Position numbers and translations under genes: made by a program. Positions 46,035-56,125 of a stretch of DNA of 64,000 nt are shown piece after piece. The notes under the pieces were generated by a model. The model was not told where the DNA came from, searched no databases, and saw nothing but the letters and a program-made list of their open reading frames with translations. Within the stretch, counting starts at the first letter, position 1. Every line of letters begins with the position of its first letter. The stretch is from Candidatus Shapirobacteria bacterium (GTDB lineage: Bacteria; Patescibacteriota; Microgenomatia; UBA12405). The stretch is taken from assembly GCA_041658955.1 (NCBI GenBank), contig JBAZZE010000001.1, forward strand, positions 16,676 through 80,675, given 5' to 3'.

Positions 46035-46922
46035 GTGGATAAATTCAAAAAAATCGCCACCATCAATGTTCTAAATATTCCCAAGAATATTGAAGAACAA
46101 ATTCAAAAATATTCAGAAGAAAAGGTGATGTTTTACTCCGATGACAGTCAATCAGAAGATGAGACAATCAGCCGGATTGGCGACGCCGACGCAGTTTTGG
46201 GTTCTTGGAACTCCACTATTACTAAAAAAGTTTTAGATAGTTGTCCAAATATAAAATACATTGGCATTTGTGGAACTAGCTTAACCAAGGTAGATGTCGA
46301 AGAAGTTAAAAAACACAATATTATTCTCAAAAACGTCACTGACTATGGTGATGAAGCTACTGCCGAATTTATTTTTGCCCAATTGTTAAACCTATACCGT
46401 GGCTTCGGAAAATATCATCTTGAAGAGGTACCGTCAGAATTAAACGGAAAAACTATTGGCATAATCGGTCTTGGTGCGGTCGGAAGGCAAGTTGCCGGTA
46501 TTGCTCTGGGGTTCAATATGAAGGTTACTTATTTTTCCAGAACCAGAAATTCTGAATTTGAAAATAAGGATTTGGTTTTTCAAGAGCTCGAAACTTTATT
46601 GGCTACTTCTGACATAATTTCACTTTGTGTTCCTAGAAATCTAAACATTATCGGTCAACATGAGTTTTCTCTGATTAAACCAAACGCTATTTTAGTAAAT
46701 ACTGCTATAGGCAATGTCTTTGACTTACCTAGTTTTATCGAGTGGATTAGTAAAGGACAAAACTTTTTTATAGTCGATAACCAAGAATATATCGACCAAA
46801 TTAAAAATCTTAAAAACGTTATTGCTCTATCTATTACCGCCGGTAAAACTAAAGAATCAATCGATCGTTTATCCAAAAAGATAATTTCGAATATCGAAAA
46901 ATATTTATCCGAAATAAACTAA
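46035..46922 (+). CDS. D-isomer-specific 2-hydroxyacid dehydrogenase family protein
   Basis: GIIGLGAVGRQVA NAD-binding motif. GTG start directly after the upstream stop. Confidence 0.65.
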   Translation: MDKFKKIATINVLNIPKNIEEQIQKYSEEKVMFYSDDSQSEDETISRIGDADAVLGSWNSTITKKVLDSCPNIKYIGICGTSLTKVDVEEVKKHNIILKNVTDYGDEATAEFIFAQLLNLYRGFGKYHLEEVPSELNGKTIGIIGLGAVGRQVAGIALGFNMKVTYFSRTRNSEFENKDLVFQELETLLATSDIISLCVPRNLNIIGQHEFSLIKPNAILVNTAIGNVFDLPSFIEWISKGQNFFIVDNQEYIDQIKNLKNVIALSITAGKTKESIDRLSKKIISNIEKYLSEIN

Positions 46923-46971
46923 ATCTGTCCTCCTCATAGTTCACCAGAAATTCAAAGAGTTACAATTATTA

Positions 46972-47199
46972 ATGGCCAAAAAAAAGTTTTCCGAAAATCT
47001 TACTCGATCGATAATCAAATCAATTACTTTTCGGATATTAATAATTTGTTCAGATAGTATTATTATCTATTCCATTAGCCATCGGCTCGACTTAACCTTA
47101 GGAGTAATTTTTTTCTCAAACTTAGCTAGTACAATACTTTACTTTATTCACGAGAGAACCTGGAATTCAGTTCATTGGGGTAGAAATCATCTAGTGTAA
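46972..47199 (+). CDS. DUF2061-like small membrane protein
   Basis: RSIIKSITFRIL ... pattern. Confidence 0.3.
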   Translation: MAKKKFSENLTRSIIKSITFRILIICSDSIIIYSISHRLDLTLGVIFFSNLASTILYFIHERTWNSVHWGRNHLV

Positions 47200-47233
47200 A
47201 ATTACCATACTACTATTTTATTAGTATGAGTCT

Positions 47234-47794
47234 ATGACCAAAAAAACATTATCTTCTTCTCAAAGCGAACAACTACTTAAAACATTAAAATCCCGCTTCG
47301 ATAAAAACTTAGTACGACATTCCAGTCTAGACTGGTCCAAAATTCAGAAAAAATTAGAATCTAATCCGGAAAAACTTTGGTCATTAAATGAAATGGAACG
47401 GACAGGTGGCGAACCAGATGTGGTAGGTCTAGATAATAAAACTGGTGAATATTTATTTTTTGACTGCTCACCGGAAACACCCAAAGATAGGCGTAGTTTT
47501 TGCTATGACCGCGCCGCCCTAGACTCCCGAAAATCTTTTAAACCTAAAGATACGGCTATTGATATGTGTCAGTCTATGGGTATCGAATTGTTATCTGAAG
47601 AACAATACCGCCAGTTGCAGGAACAAGGTAAGTTTGACCTTAAAACCTCAAGTTGGCTACTAACCCCATCCCCTATACGTAAACTTGGTGGAGCTATCTT
47701 TGCCGATCGCCGATATGATCATGTGTTTATCTATCACAATGGCGCCGATTCTTATTATGCAGTTAGAGGTTTTCGTGGTGTTTTGAGAGTCTAA
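47234..47794 (+). CDS. DUF4256 family protein
   Basis: LLKTLKSRFDKN ... WSLNEMERTGGEPDVVG pattern. Confidence 0.5.
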   Translation: MTKKTLSSSQSEQLLKTLKSRFDKNLVRHSSLDWSKIQKKLESNPEKLWSLNEMERTGGEPDVVGLDNKTGEYLFFDCSPETPKDRRSFCYDRAALDSRKSFKPKDTAIDMCQSMGIELLSEEQYRQLQEQGKFDLKTSSWLLTPSPIRKLGGAIFADRRYDHVFIYHNGADSYYAVRGFRGVLRV

Positions 47795-47801
47795 CTATTC
47801 T

Positions 47802-48335
47802 ATGACCAGAAAAATTATTCTCAGCTTAGCCATGAGTCTTGATGGATATATTGCCACTAAAGATGACAAGTTTGATTGGATTTTGGGTGATGGTGATAAT
47901 TCGCTAAATACCAAAGAGTTTTGGAATTTTCCAGAGTTTCTCAAAACGGTTGATACTATTGTAATGGGCTCGCGTTGTTATGATCTCGGCCAGCATAAAG
48001 ATTTTACTGACAAGGAAGTCTTTATAGCCACTTTCAAAAAGCTGGAAGATAAGGATAATCTTCATTTTATTAATGGCAACATCGTCGAGGCTGTCTTAGA
48101 AAATAATCATCAATCAGATAAAAATATTTTTATTTGGGGAGGTGGGGGACTAGTTCATAATTTTCTAGAGTCCTCTGAAATAGATGAATTTTATATTGGT
48201 ATAGTCCCGGTAATTTTGGGTGATGGAATCCCTCTCTTTCGAGGAAAGACTCCTTCTATCAGACTCCACTTAGAAAAAATTATGTCAGAGAATGGAATTG
48301 TAGTTCTAAAGTATTCTAAAAAGTCACCAGTCTGA
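47802..48335 (+). CDS. Dihydrofolate reductase-like (RibD_C) family protein, paralog 3
   Basis: MTRKIILSLAMSLDGYIAT ... IWGGGGLV pattern. Confidence 0.6.
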   Translation: MTRKIILSLAMSLDGYIATKDDKFDWILGDGDNSLNTKEFWNFPEFLKTVDTIVMGSRCYDLGQHKDFTDKEVFIATFKKLEDKDNLHFINGNIVEAVLENNHQSDKNIFIWGGGGLVHNFLESSEIDEFYIGIVPVILGDGIPLFRGKTPSIRLHLEKIMSENGIVVLKYSKKSPV

Positions 48336-48391
48336 ACGTCTTGATGACATGTGGTTTAAAATCATTATTTATAAATTGATAATATATTTAT

Positions 48392-49003
48392 ATGTGTGGC
48401 CGATTTGCCCTAGAACCAGGAGACGATTTTTATGACCGATTTGATATTACCAATCAACTAAGTAAGCTACCTCAAAAAATAGATGCAGTTCCCGGAAAAG
48501 ACATTCCTGTAATTTTAAAAGAAAAAACAAACATAGTTCGACTAATGCGCTGGGGACTTGTTCCGTTTTGGGCCAAAGATGAAAAAATTGGTTTTAAAAT
48601 GTTCAACGCCAGAGCCGAAACTATTTTAGAAAAGCCATCTTTTCAAAAAGCTTTTAAAACACAGCGTTGCTTAGTCCCTGCCAGCGGCTTTTATGAGTGG
48701 AAGGTAGATGGAGATAAAAAAACTCCTTATTTTTTTGAAATAGGTTCCCGACCACTCATTTCTCTCGCCGGTCTTTTTGACATTTGGATAGAGCCTTTCC
48801 ACCAAAAACAAATCTACTCATTTACCATTATCACCACCCAACCTAATAGTGTTGTCAAACCTATCCATGACCGGATGCCAGTGATTTTGAAAGAAAAAGA
48901 AGAAAAAATGTGGCTCGACGAGTCAAAATCACCAGAAGAATTACTATCACTTCTAATTCCGTCTACTGAATCATTAGACTCGCGTTTACACAACTTTGCT
49001 TAA
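48392..49003 (+). CDS. SOS-response-associated peptidase (SRAP/YedK)
   Basis: N-terminal catalytic MCGRFAL, then WGLVPFWAKD. Confidence 0.8.
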   Translation: MCGRFALEPGDDFYDRFDITNQLSKLPQKIDAVPGKDIPVILKEKTNIVRLMRWGLVPFWAKDEKIGFKMFNARAETILEKPSFQKAFKTQRCLVPASGFYEWKVDGDKKTPYFFEIGSRPLISLAGLFDIWIEPFHQKQIYSFTIITTQPNSVVKPIHDRMPVILKEKEEKMWLDESKSPEELLSLLIPSTESLDSRLHNFA

Positions 49004-49007
49004 GTTG

Positions 49008-49583
49008 TTATTTTAGTTCTACACCTTCTATCCGGTCACTAAAATGCCACTTACCATCGATATAAAAATAGGCGTCGATCCTGTATTTTCCCGGGACTAA
49101 TACTTGCTGGGTACTATGCATGTGAGTCACCCTTGCCGATATTTTTTCACCCGATTCTGGTATTTTTTCCCAAGTCGTACTGTACCATTGTGGGGTTTGG
49201 TTTTTATCGTTACACATCTCCATTACTACTTTTGATCCGGTGACATAATTTTGAGGAAAAACATCACGTTGGACACGATAATAAATACTATCCGTATCTT
49301 TTTTATCTGCTAATTTACTAAGTTCAAATGTCCGAGTGTTTGTAGTCGTGGCCTCGTTGTCGCTTGACTTGTCTTCTAGTTTTGCCGCATAAAGTTTTGT
49401 CGACCAGTCAGAGTATTTTTGGGGATTGTCGCTGATCTTACTAGTACAATCTACCCATTTTACTGTCGATGAATTGGAAGTAATCGGAGGCTTAGTTCGA
49501 AATCTAATGAAAAGAAACAAGAATACAATAATAAGACAAATTAGAATTGCAATTGTTTTTTTATTCACAAAATAATATAACAC
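49008..49583 (-). CDS. Hypothetical secreted/membrane-anchored protein
   Basis: N-terminal TM/signal. Confidence 0.35.
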   Translation of the reverse strand: MLYYFVNKKTIAILICLIIVFLFLFIRFRTKPPITSNSSTVKWVDCTSKISDNPQKYSDWSTKLYAAKLEDKSSDNEATTTNTRTFELSKLADKKDTDSIYYRVQRDVFPQNYVTGSKVVMEMCNDKNQTPQWYSTTWEKIPESGEKISARVTHMHSTQQVLVPGKYRIDAYFYIDGKWHFSDRIEGVELK

Positions 49584-49665
49584 AAAGGGTAACCATCATC
49601 ACATTAATCCGTATTTTTTATATTCAGCAATTGCTTAATGTAGTAGATTAAGATTAAATTAATCA

Positions 49666-51591
49666 ATGCGTAAATATTTGATTGCAGTCCTGATTTGTCT
49701 AACTGCAATTCTATTGTTTAATATCCGCTCAATTCTTGCTTGGGATATTGCTACTCCGCCTATCAGCGGGGGAACTTTCACTACTGTAAATAATTATGGA
49801 CAACTCGCCGTTGGAGCTAGTGGTTTTGTTTATGTCACGGGTGTTGGTATTTCCGGTCACGATGTCGCCAAATACGATGCCAATGGCAATTTTGTTATGT
49901 CCTTTGGTCCTTCTGGTTCACCAGGTGTAACAGTTGACAGTGATGGCAATATCCTAGTGACCAACTGGAATTCGCAAGTTGGCGTCAATCCCGGAGTCTA
50001 CAAATTTGATAGTAGCGGCACTCCAATAGATATTTCTGGTACCGATTTGGGTGCTTCAACTTTTATTTTTTCATTCGGCATCGCCTCCGATAGTCTAGGA
50101 AATGTTTATGTTTCCGATATCCAAGGGAATGGCGACTCTGATATGGTACGAAAATACGATTCCACTGGAACATTGGTTGCCACCATAACCGGTAATGGCA
50201 CGCCTTTTAATCAGCCTCAAGCTGTGGCTGTAGATGGATCAGATAATCTTTATGTTCTTGATTCAGGTAATAATCGCGTCCAAAAATTTAATTCCGCCGG
50301 GACATTTGTTTTAGAGATAACTGACGGTGTTCAAGCCATGAGTTATCCTGAGGGTTTTACTGTCGACACTAGTGGCAATCTTTATATTTCTGACTCGGGT
50401 AACAATAAAGTAAAAATATTTAATACTGCGGGAGTTCTCCAACAATCATTAGTTCCTGCCGATTTTGGATTAGGCGCTTTTAATTACCTGGTCGGCCAAG
50501 CTATTACCACTGATGGGATTTTGTATTCCGGCGACTCAAATAAAATTTTGAAGGCAACCTTTGATCGCACTCCTGCTAGTCTTTCCGTCAATAGTTTACC
50601 GAGTGACACCTCTAGTTCAGCCACACCATCTTTTACTGGTACTGCTACCGATTCACAATCGACTATTACTTCTGTTGAATACGCAGTTGATGCTAGTGCC
50701 TACTCCGCCTGCGTTGCTGATGATGGGGCTTTTGATGAATTATCCGAAGCCTACACTTGTACTGTTTCTCCTGCCCTTAGTGAAGGATCACATACCTTAA
50801 GTGTCCGTTCAACTGATAGTAAAGGCAATACTAATACCGGGCTTACCCTCTTTGATTATGGTTTTACTGTCAATACAGTAGTTCCCACCGCCACACCTAC
50901 TCCGACTAGTGCGGTAACTCCCACTCCCACTCCTACGGCCACTCCCACCTCAGTTCCCCAAAATAATTCTAACAATAACAATTCAAATTCATCACAAGGA
51001 AGTAATTCAGCTCCTTCATGCTCTGATTCTCCAACTCTGTTTACTCCTGATTTATTTGAAATTCGTACCACCAAAAATACTGCCAAATTACAATTTACTC
51101 CACTTCCTGATACCAATAAGTACTACATTAGTTTTTCGGTTAAACCGTCAGCAGAAGAAAATGGTGAAGAAGTCGTCCTAACTCGTGAAGGAATTCAGAG
51201 CCACACGGTCTATCAGCTAAAACCATATACTTTTTATTATTTTAAGGTCCGTGGCCATAATGGATGTATGCCTGGAAAATGGAGTAATATCGTCAAGGTA
51301 AGAACCAGTTCACAAGTTTTTTATAAAAACAGTTTGCCTATTAGCAACCTTTCCTCTAGTCGCACTACTAAAACAATAATTCCAGCCAAAAACAAAGCCA
51401 AAGACAGGATTATTCCCAGTAATAGTACAACTACTGAAACTCAAATTATTTTGCCACCTTCGGTTGCAATTACTGACGCACCTCAACCAACTCAAGTAAC
51501 TAATATTGCTCCAGTCCAAAAAAACTCAGAGGCACCAGCATCTGCTCCTGTAGAAAAACCGAAACGTTGTTTCCTCTGGTGGTGTTTTTAG
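49666..51591 (+). CDS. Secreted NHL-repeat beta-propeller protein with Ig/Fn3-like domains
   Basis: Signal peptide, then repeated ...YV.D.GNNR..KF.. NHL-like blades, a T/P-rich linker, poly-N, and C-terminal CFLWWCF. Confidence 0.55.
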   Translation: MRKYLIAVLICLTAILLFNIRSILAWDIATPPISGGTFTTVNNYGQLAVGASGFVYVTGVGISGHDVAKYDANGNFVMSFGPSGSPGVTVDSDGNILVTNWNSQVGVNPGVYKFDSSGTPIDISGTDLGASTFIFSFGIASDSLGNVYVSDIQGNGDSDMVRKYDSTGTLVATITGNGTPFNQPQAVAVDGSDNLYVLDSGNNRVQKFNSAGTFVLEITDGVQAMSYPEGFTVDTSGNLYISDSGNNKVKIFNTAGVLQQSLVPADFGLGAFNYLVGQAITTDGILYSGDSNKILKATFDRTPASLSVNSLPSDTSSSATPSFTGTATDSQSTITSVEYAVDASAYSACVADDGAFDELSEAYTCTVSPALSEGSHTLSVRSTDSKGNTNTGLTLFDYGFTVNTVVPTATPTPTSAVTPTPTPTATPTSVPQNNSNNNNSNSSQGSNSAPSCSDSPTLFTPDLFEIRTTKNTAKLQFTPLPDTNKYYISFSVKPSAEENGEEVVLTREGIQSHTVYQLKPYTFYYFKVRGHNGCMPGKWSNIVKVRTSSQVFYKNSLPISNLSSSRTTKTIIPAKNKAKDRIIPSNSTTTETQIILPPSVAITDAPQPTQVTNIAPVQKNSEAPASAPVEKPKRCFLWWCF

Positions 51592-51655
51592 CCTAAAATT
51601 CCAAATATTCAAAATAAGGTATAATATAGTATTAGTTTATTCACCCTGATTTTGT

Positions 51656-52003
51656 ATGTTAAGCCTAATTTTAATTTTGTTAGTAGGTAGCGGATTAGTT
51701 TATATATCTCGTTTTAATTACACGCCAGTTGATGTCAACTTGGGTGTTTATGCTTTTTATGGGGTGCCACTTTTTTACGTCATCGTCGCAGCTATTCTAA
51801 TCGGCTTAACTATCTCTTATATTGTTCTGATCATCAACTCGATTTCTTATGCTTTGACTATCCGTAAAAAAGATATTCAACTCAAAAAAGATCAGGAGGA
51901 AATTCTTGAACTCACCAAGAGAGTTCACCAGCTCGAGCTCGATGCTGAAAAACTAAAAAATGGCGACATCACACCTGTTCCCTCTGATCCAAACGCCTTG
52001 TGA
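51656..52003 (+). CDS. Membrane protein with a C-terminal coiled coil
   Basis: Two TM segments plus heptads. Confidence 0.3.
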   Translation: MLSLILILLVGSGLVYISRFNYTPVDVNLGVYAFYGVPLFYVIVAAILIGLTISYIVLIINSISYALTIRKKDIQLKKDQEEILELTKRVHQLELDAEKLKNGDITPVPSDPNAL

Positions 52004-52464
52004 AAAACCTACTAGGAAACATCTACCGGTCCCTACATATGCCAAAAAACCTCCAGTTATTTATCATGCGTCTTTTGCATGACAAATTTCTAGTCGGGGT
52101 CACTGGCATTATTCTCAATGATAAAAATGAAATCCTGGTGTTTAAACATACCTACCGTTCCCACCCTTGGAGTTTGCCTGGCGGATATCTAAACGGTGGC
52201 GAACACCCTCAAGAGGCTTTGGAAAGAGAAATCAAAGAAGAATCAGGTTTTACTATCTGTATTGACGAAGCCCTTAAAATTCGTACCGACCGGGAGACTC
52301 CTAGACTTGATCTTTGTTATGTTGGTACATACATTGGCGGTGAGTTTACTCCTACCAAAGAGGTATTAGAATACGGCTTCTTTTCAATGGACAATTTGCC
52401 ATTACTTAGGAAAAATCAACTGTTTCTCATAAATGAAGTTCTCAAAGATCATATGGACAAGTAG
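52000..52464 (+). CDS. Nudix hydrolase
   Basis: GGYLNGGEHPQEALEREIKEESG Nudix box. Confidence 0.7.
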   Translation: MKNLLGNIYRSLHMPKNLQLFIMRLLHDKFLVGVTGIILNDKNEILVFKHTYRSHPWSLPGGYLNGGEHPQEALEREIKEESGFTICIDEALKIRTDRETPRLDLCYVGTYIGGEFTPTKEVLEYGFFSMDNLPLLRKNQLFLINEVLKDHMDK

Positions 52465-52489
52465 TTGAACTAGTTGTAGTATATGATAT

Positions 52490-52666
52490 ATGGCAACTAC
52501 TTCAAGTACATCAAAGCAAAGAGTAACCCTATTTCTTAATCCAAAACTTCTTATTCATGCCAAGGCCCAAGCCGCCATCAACAATCTAACTCTAACTGTA
52601 TTAGTCGAAAAAGCCCTGGTAGCTTATTTACCAGACGAGATAATCACCAAGAAACCACGCCTTTAG
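52490..52666 (+). CDS. Ribbon-helix-helix (CopG/Arc-like) small protein, 58 aa (not in the ORF track)
   Basis: MATTSSTSKQRVTLFLNPKLLIHAKAQAAINNLTLTVLVEKALVAYL fits the RHH pattern (basic beta-strand followed by two helices). Confidence 0.3.
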   Translation: MATTSSTSKQRVTLFLNPKLLIHAKAQAAINNLTLTVLVEKALVAYLPDEIITKKPRL

Positions 52667-52702
52667 AGAATCGTTAACCGTTTAAATAGTGAGGGTAAGT
52701 GT

Positions 52703-52909
52703 ATGACGACTGTTGTAAGTAGTCCTGTCCAAAAAGAAGGTAGTAGTGGAGCTGTTGTTGGCGTATTTGCCATCCTCGTTCTCGCTCTACTATTTATTTA
52801 TTTCGGTATTCCCGCTCTTCGGAGTATGGGCAATCCACAAATAAATGTTCCAGCTCCGGTGATCAATATGCCGGATAAAGTCGATGTGAATGTCAAGCAA
52901 GCGCCGTAG
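52703..52909 (+). CDS. Small membrane protein
   Basis: One TM segment. Confidence 0.3.
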   Translation: MTTVVSSPVQKEGSSGAVVGVFAILVLALLFIYFGIPALRSMGNPQINVPAPVINMPDKVDVNVKQAP

Positions 52910-52951
52910 TTTATAGGAATTTATTTATTAGTTTTTTTAGGAGTATTTAAT

Positions 52952-53206
52952 ATGGGAATTTTACTTTGGATCATCTTTGGAGCCCTCGCTGGTTGGATCG
53001 CTTCGGTTATCATGAAAACCAACTATTCACAGGGGACTGCTACTGACATAGTCCTAGGTATTGTCGGTTCAGTTGTTGGTGGATTTTTACTTGGTACTGT
53101 TGGTCAGTCCGGAGTTACCGGATTTAATGTCCAAAGTTTACTAGTCGCCATTTTTGGAGCCGTAGTGGTTATCTATGTCGGCCGAGCTATTAGAAATAGA
53201 AATTAA
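52952..53206 (+). CDS. GlsB/YeaQ/YmgE-family transglycosylase-associated membrane protein
   Basis: MGILLWIIFGALAGWIAS ... pattern. Confidence 0.65.
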   Translation: MGILLWIIFGALAGWIASVIMKTNYSQGTATDIVLGIVGSVVGGFLLGTVGQSGVTGFNVQSLLVAIFGAVVVIYVGRAIRNRN

Positions 53207-53225
53207 TAATTTAAAAAATAAAAAT

Positions 53226-53483
53226 ATGACAGATAAAAATATAAAAACTCAAAACGATACTAGTGTTAATCCGGTAATCGCTGCCGTCGCCGGAGCCGTC
53301 GTCGCTGGTGCTGCTGTTGCTAGTGCTTTTGTCTTATCAAATAAAGACAATCAAGAAAAAATTAAAGCAGCCGCTTCTAATATTAAAACAAATATCCAAG
53401 ACAAAAATGCCCAAGTTATGGGTAAAGCCAAGAAACTTGGAGAGATCACCAAGAACGCAGTTAATGATGTAAAAAATATATGA
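53226..53483 (+). CDS. Hypothetical small membrane protein
   Basis: I placed the start at MTDKN; the longer ORF overlaps the upstream gene. Confidence 0.3.
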   Translation: MTDKNIKTQNDTSVNPVIAAVAGAVVAGAAVASAFVLSNKDNQEKIKAAASNIKTNIQDKNAQVMGKAKKLGEITKNAVNDVKNI

Positions 53484-53860
53484 AAGAAATAATTGTCACA
53501 CCTGTTACCACCACTCCAATCGTGGAAACACCAGTCAAAGTTGGTGCCACCGATAATGAAACCATCGAATACTTTGTCTATTACTTCTTCGGTTTTGTCG
53601 AAGTCTTATTGGCTATCCGCTTAATTCTTAAGATCGCCGGAGCTAGTGTAACTAGTGGTTTTGTCCGTCTAATCTACGCCATAGCCGGATTCTTTACCAT
53701 GCCCTTCGATGGTATTTTCCGACGCTCCTACGCTGAAGGTTCCGGTTCTTCCTCGATTTTTGAGCCGGCCGTCATCGTTGCCATCGGTTTTTATTTATTA
53801 CTCGCTTGGGGAATAGTCAAACTAATTCGTATTTCCTCTGGTGAGAAGCAAGCTGAATAA
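53480..53860 (+). CDS. Membrane protein (YGGT-like?)
   Basis: Two to three TM segments. Confidence 0.3.
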   Translation: MKEIIVTPVTTTPIVETPVKVGATDNETIEYFVYYFFGFVEVLLAIRLILKIAGASVTSGFVRLIYAIAGFFTMPFDGIFRRSYAEGSGSSSIFEPAVIVAIGFYLLLAWGIVKLIRISSGEKQAE

Positions 53861-53861
53861 T

Positions 53862-54004
53862 ATGAATATTTCCATAAATGGACTAACACCGTTTGTCTCT
53901 CTCGTTTTTGGTGTTTTGGTATTACTGTTTCCCAAAATAGTGAACTACCTTATCGCCGCTTACCTGATCGTCAACGGACTTATTGGACTTGGATTATTAA
54001 AATA
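53862..54004 (+). CDS. DUF3096-like small membrane protein, 47 aa (not in the ORF track)
   Basis: MNISINGLTPFVSLVFGVLVLLFPKIVNYLIAAYLIVNGLIGLGLLK. Confidence 0.3.
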
Positions 54005-54091
54005 AAAGTAAGCTAGGGTACCAAATTTGACTCTAGTCTCTTATAGGACTATAAATTAGTTGTACGCATTAAATATTTACTCCAGCGAAAT

Positions 54092-55081
54092 ATGAAAAAG
54101 ATTTTTTCAATGTTTATCGCCGCAGCCGCTTTGGTGCTTACCACCAGCCCTGCTTTCGCGGTAACTTCCTCTGTTTATGATGCTCTACCTAGCGTGTCTC
54201 CATCTACAAATTATCCCAGTCTTGGCTACCAAGCTACTCAAACCAAAGAGTTTGGAGATTATATTCATCTCGGTGGAACAGATAGAGTTTTAAAAAATAT
54301 CACCGTGTCTATGAGTGATTGGGCATTGTTCTCTGATTATTCTGCAGACCCAAGATATATGGGGAACTCCTCAACTTGGACTCATCCTATAACCATAAAG
54401 GTTTACAGTAATCATTTAGATGCTCAAGGTGTGCCAGATACTTTACTTGCTACTAAAACAGCAGATATAAATATTCCTTGGCGCCCAGTTGCTGACCCGA
54501 CCTGTACTACTCCAACAGCATGGAGAGCTACAAATGGTCAATGTTATAACGGTTTCGCATTTAACGCCAATTTTGATCTGAGTGACTTAAACGTCACCTT
54601 ACCAAATGATCTAATTGTTAGTGTCAAATACAATACTCAAACTTATGGTGACTCACCTCTAGGTGTAAATGGACCATACAACTCACTTAATGTCTCTGTC
54701 CCAGATAATCAACTGGTTGCAGTAGGTACTGACGACAGCGCTAATAAAGTATTCTGGAACACCATCACTGCTGGTTGGTATGCTGATGGTGGCGCTGCTG
54801 GAGTTGGTGTACTTCGTGAAGATAGTAATTGGACACCTAATGGTACAGTTGCACTTAAAATCGAAGCCGGTCCTGTTCTCGTCGCACCTCCTACAAACAA
54901 AGATCAGTGTAAAAAAGATGGATGGAAAATATTTAACAATCCATCATTCAAAAATCAGGGTGACTGTGTGAGTTTTGTTGAAAAAAACAAAAAAGAGGAT
55001 AGCGATGAAAAAGAAGAAAAAAACCGAGAAAAAGAAAATAAAAACAAAGAAAGTGAACACGACGATAAAAAAGATAACTAA
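54092..55081 (+). CDS. Secreted hypothetical protein with a KE-rich C-terminus
   Basis: Signal peptide AFAV; C-terminal poly-K/E. Confidence 0.4.
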   Translation: MKKIFSMFIAAAALVLTTSPAFAVTSSVYDALPSVSPSTNYPSLGYQATQTKEFGDYIHLGGTDRVLKNITVSMSDWALFSDYSADPRYMGNSSTWTHPITIKVYSNHLDAQGVPDTLLATKTADINIPWRPVADPTCTTPTAWRATNGQCYNGFAFNANFDLSDLNVTLPNDLIVSVKYNTQTYGDSPLGVNGPYNSLNVSVPDNQLVAVGTDDSANKVFWNTITAGWYADGGAAGVGVLREDSNWTPNGTVALKIEAGPVLVAPPTNKDQCKKDGWKIFNNPSFKNQGDCVSFVEKNKKEDSDEKEEKNREKENKNKESEHDDKKDN

Positions 55082-55148
55082 AGTTATTTTGTAATTCACT
55101 TTAACAGCCCACTAAAAAGTGGGCTGTTTGTTTTGGTAAAATGCAGCT

Positions 55149-56123
55149 ATGAATAATCGTGTTGGACTAGGTACCTTTCCACTTGCTGGTGTCTTTACCC
55201 CGACCAGTTCAGATGATGCTCAAAAAATAATCCATAAATTTATCGATCTTGGTGGATATTATTTTGATACCGCTCCGGTCTATGGCAATGGTGAAATTGA
55301 AAAACTATTGGGGCACTCATTAAAGGGTATTCCTCGAGAAAAGTATTATTTGGGAACTAAAACTATCAAGCATGTCGATGTTGATGGTCGTGTTTTCAAA
55401 AGCGGACGTTATGCTGATGTAGTCAAACAAATAGATAACTCACTTTCCCGACTAAATACCAACTATGTCGATCTTTTGATGGTTCACCTTCCCGACGAAG
55501 AAACGCCAATAGATGAAACACTCCGGGCTATGGAAGATCTCCAAAAAGCCGGCAAAGTCAAAGAGTTGGCGGTTTCCAATGTTAGTCTGGACGAACTCGT
55601 AGCCTACAACACTACAGGAAAAATTAAATATGTTCAAAATCGTTTTAGCCTAATTAGCCGGAGTTTATCAACAGAATTTCAAAACTATCTTTTAGAAAAT
55701 AATATTTATCTTCTTCCTTATCATCTTCTTGAGATTGGTCTACTAACCAACTTGGCTCTAGAAGAGTTTCATCTCCGGGAAGGGGATTTGCGCGAAAAGC
55801 TTCCCTATTGGAATAATGAAAACCAAGCAGTCATTTTTGAATGGGTTAAAAATAATCTTGGGCCTATCGCAACTGAGCTGGGAATAACTATCGGTCAACT
55901 AACCATTGCCTGGACCTTAGCCCAACCATTTGTTGATTATGTCGTCGTTGGCACTACTAACCCCGAATATCTGGCACTCAACTTAAAAGCCAACGATATC
56001 AAACTTGATAAGAATATAATTTCTAAAATCGAAAAAGCTTATTCTGACCTAGAATTATTCATTAAGAATAAATACGGCCAAACCATGAGACAATTCAGAG
56101 GTCTAAATGCCAGATTCTATTAA
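55149..56123 (+). CDS. Aldo/keto reductase
   Basis: GLGTFPL ... GGYYFDTAPVYGNGE ... LLMVH pattern. Confidence 0.7.
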   Translation: MNNRVGLGTFPLAGVFTPTSSDDAQKIIHKFIDLGGYYFDTAPVYGNGEIEKLLGHSLKGIPREKYYLGTKTIKHVDVDGRVFKSGRYADVVKQIDNSLSRLNTNYVDLLMVHLPDEETPIDETLRAMEDLQKAGKVKELAVSNVSLDELVAYNTTGKIKYVQNRFSLISRSLSTEFQNYLLENNIYLLPYHLLEIGLLTNLALEEFHLREGDLREKLPYWNNENQAVIFEWVKNNLGPIATELGITIGQLTIAWTLAQPFVDYVVVGTTNPEYLALNLKANDIKLDKNIISKIEKAYSDLELFIKNKYGQTMRQFRGLNARFY

Positions 56124-56125
56124 CT

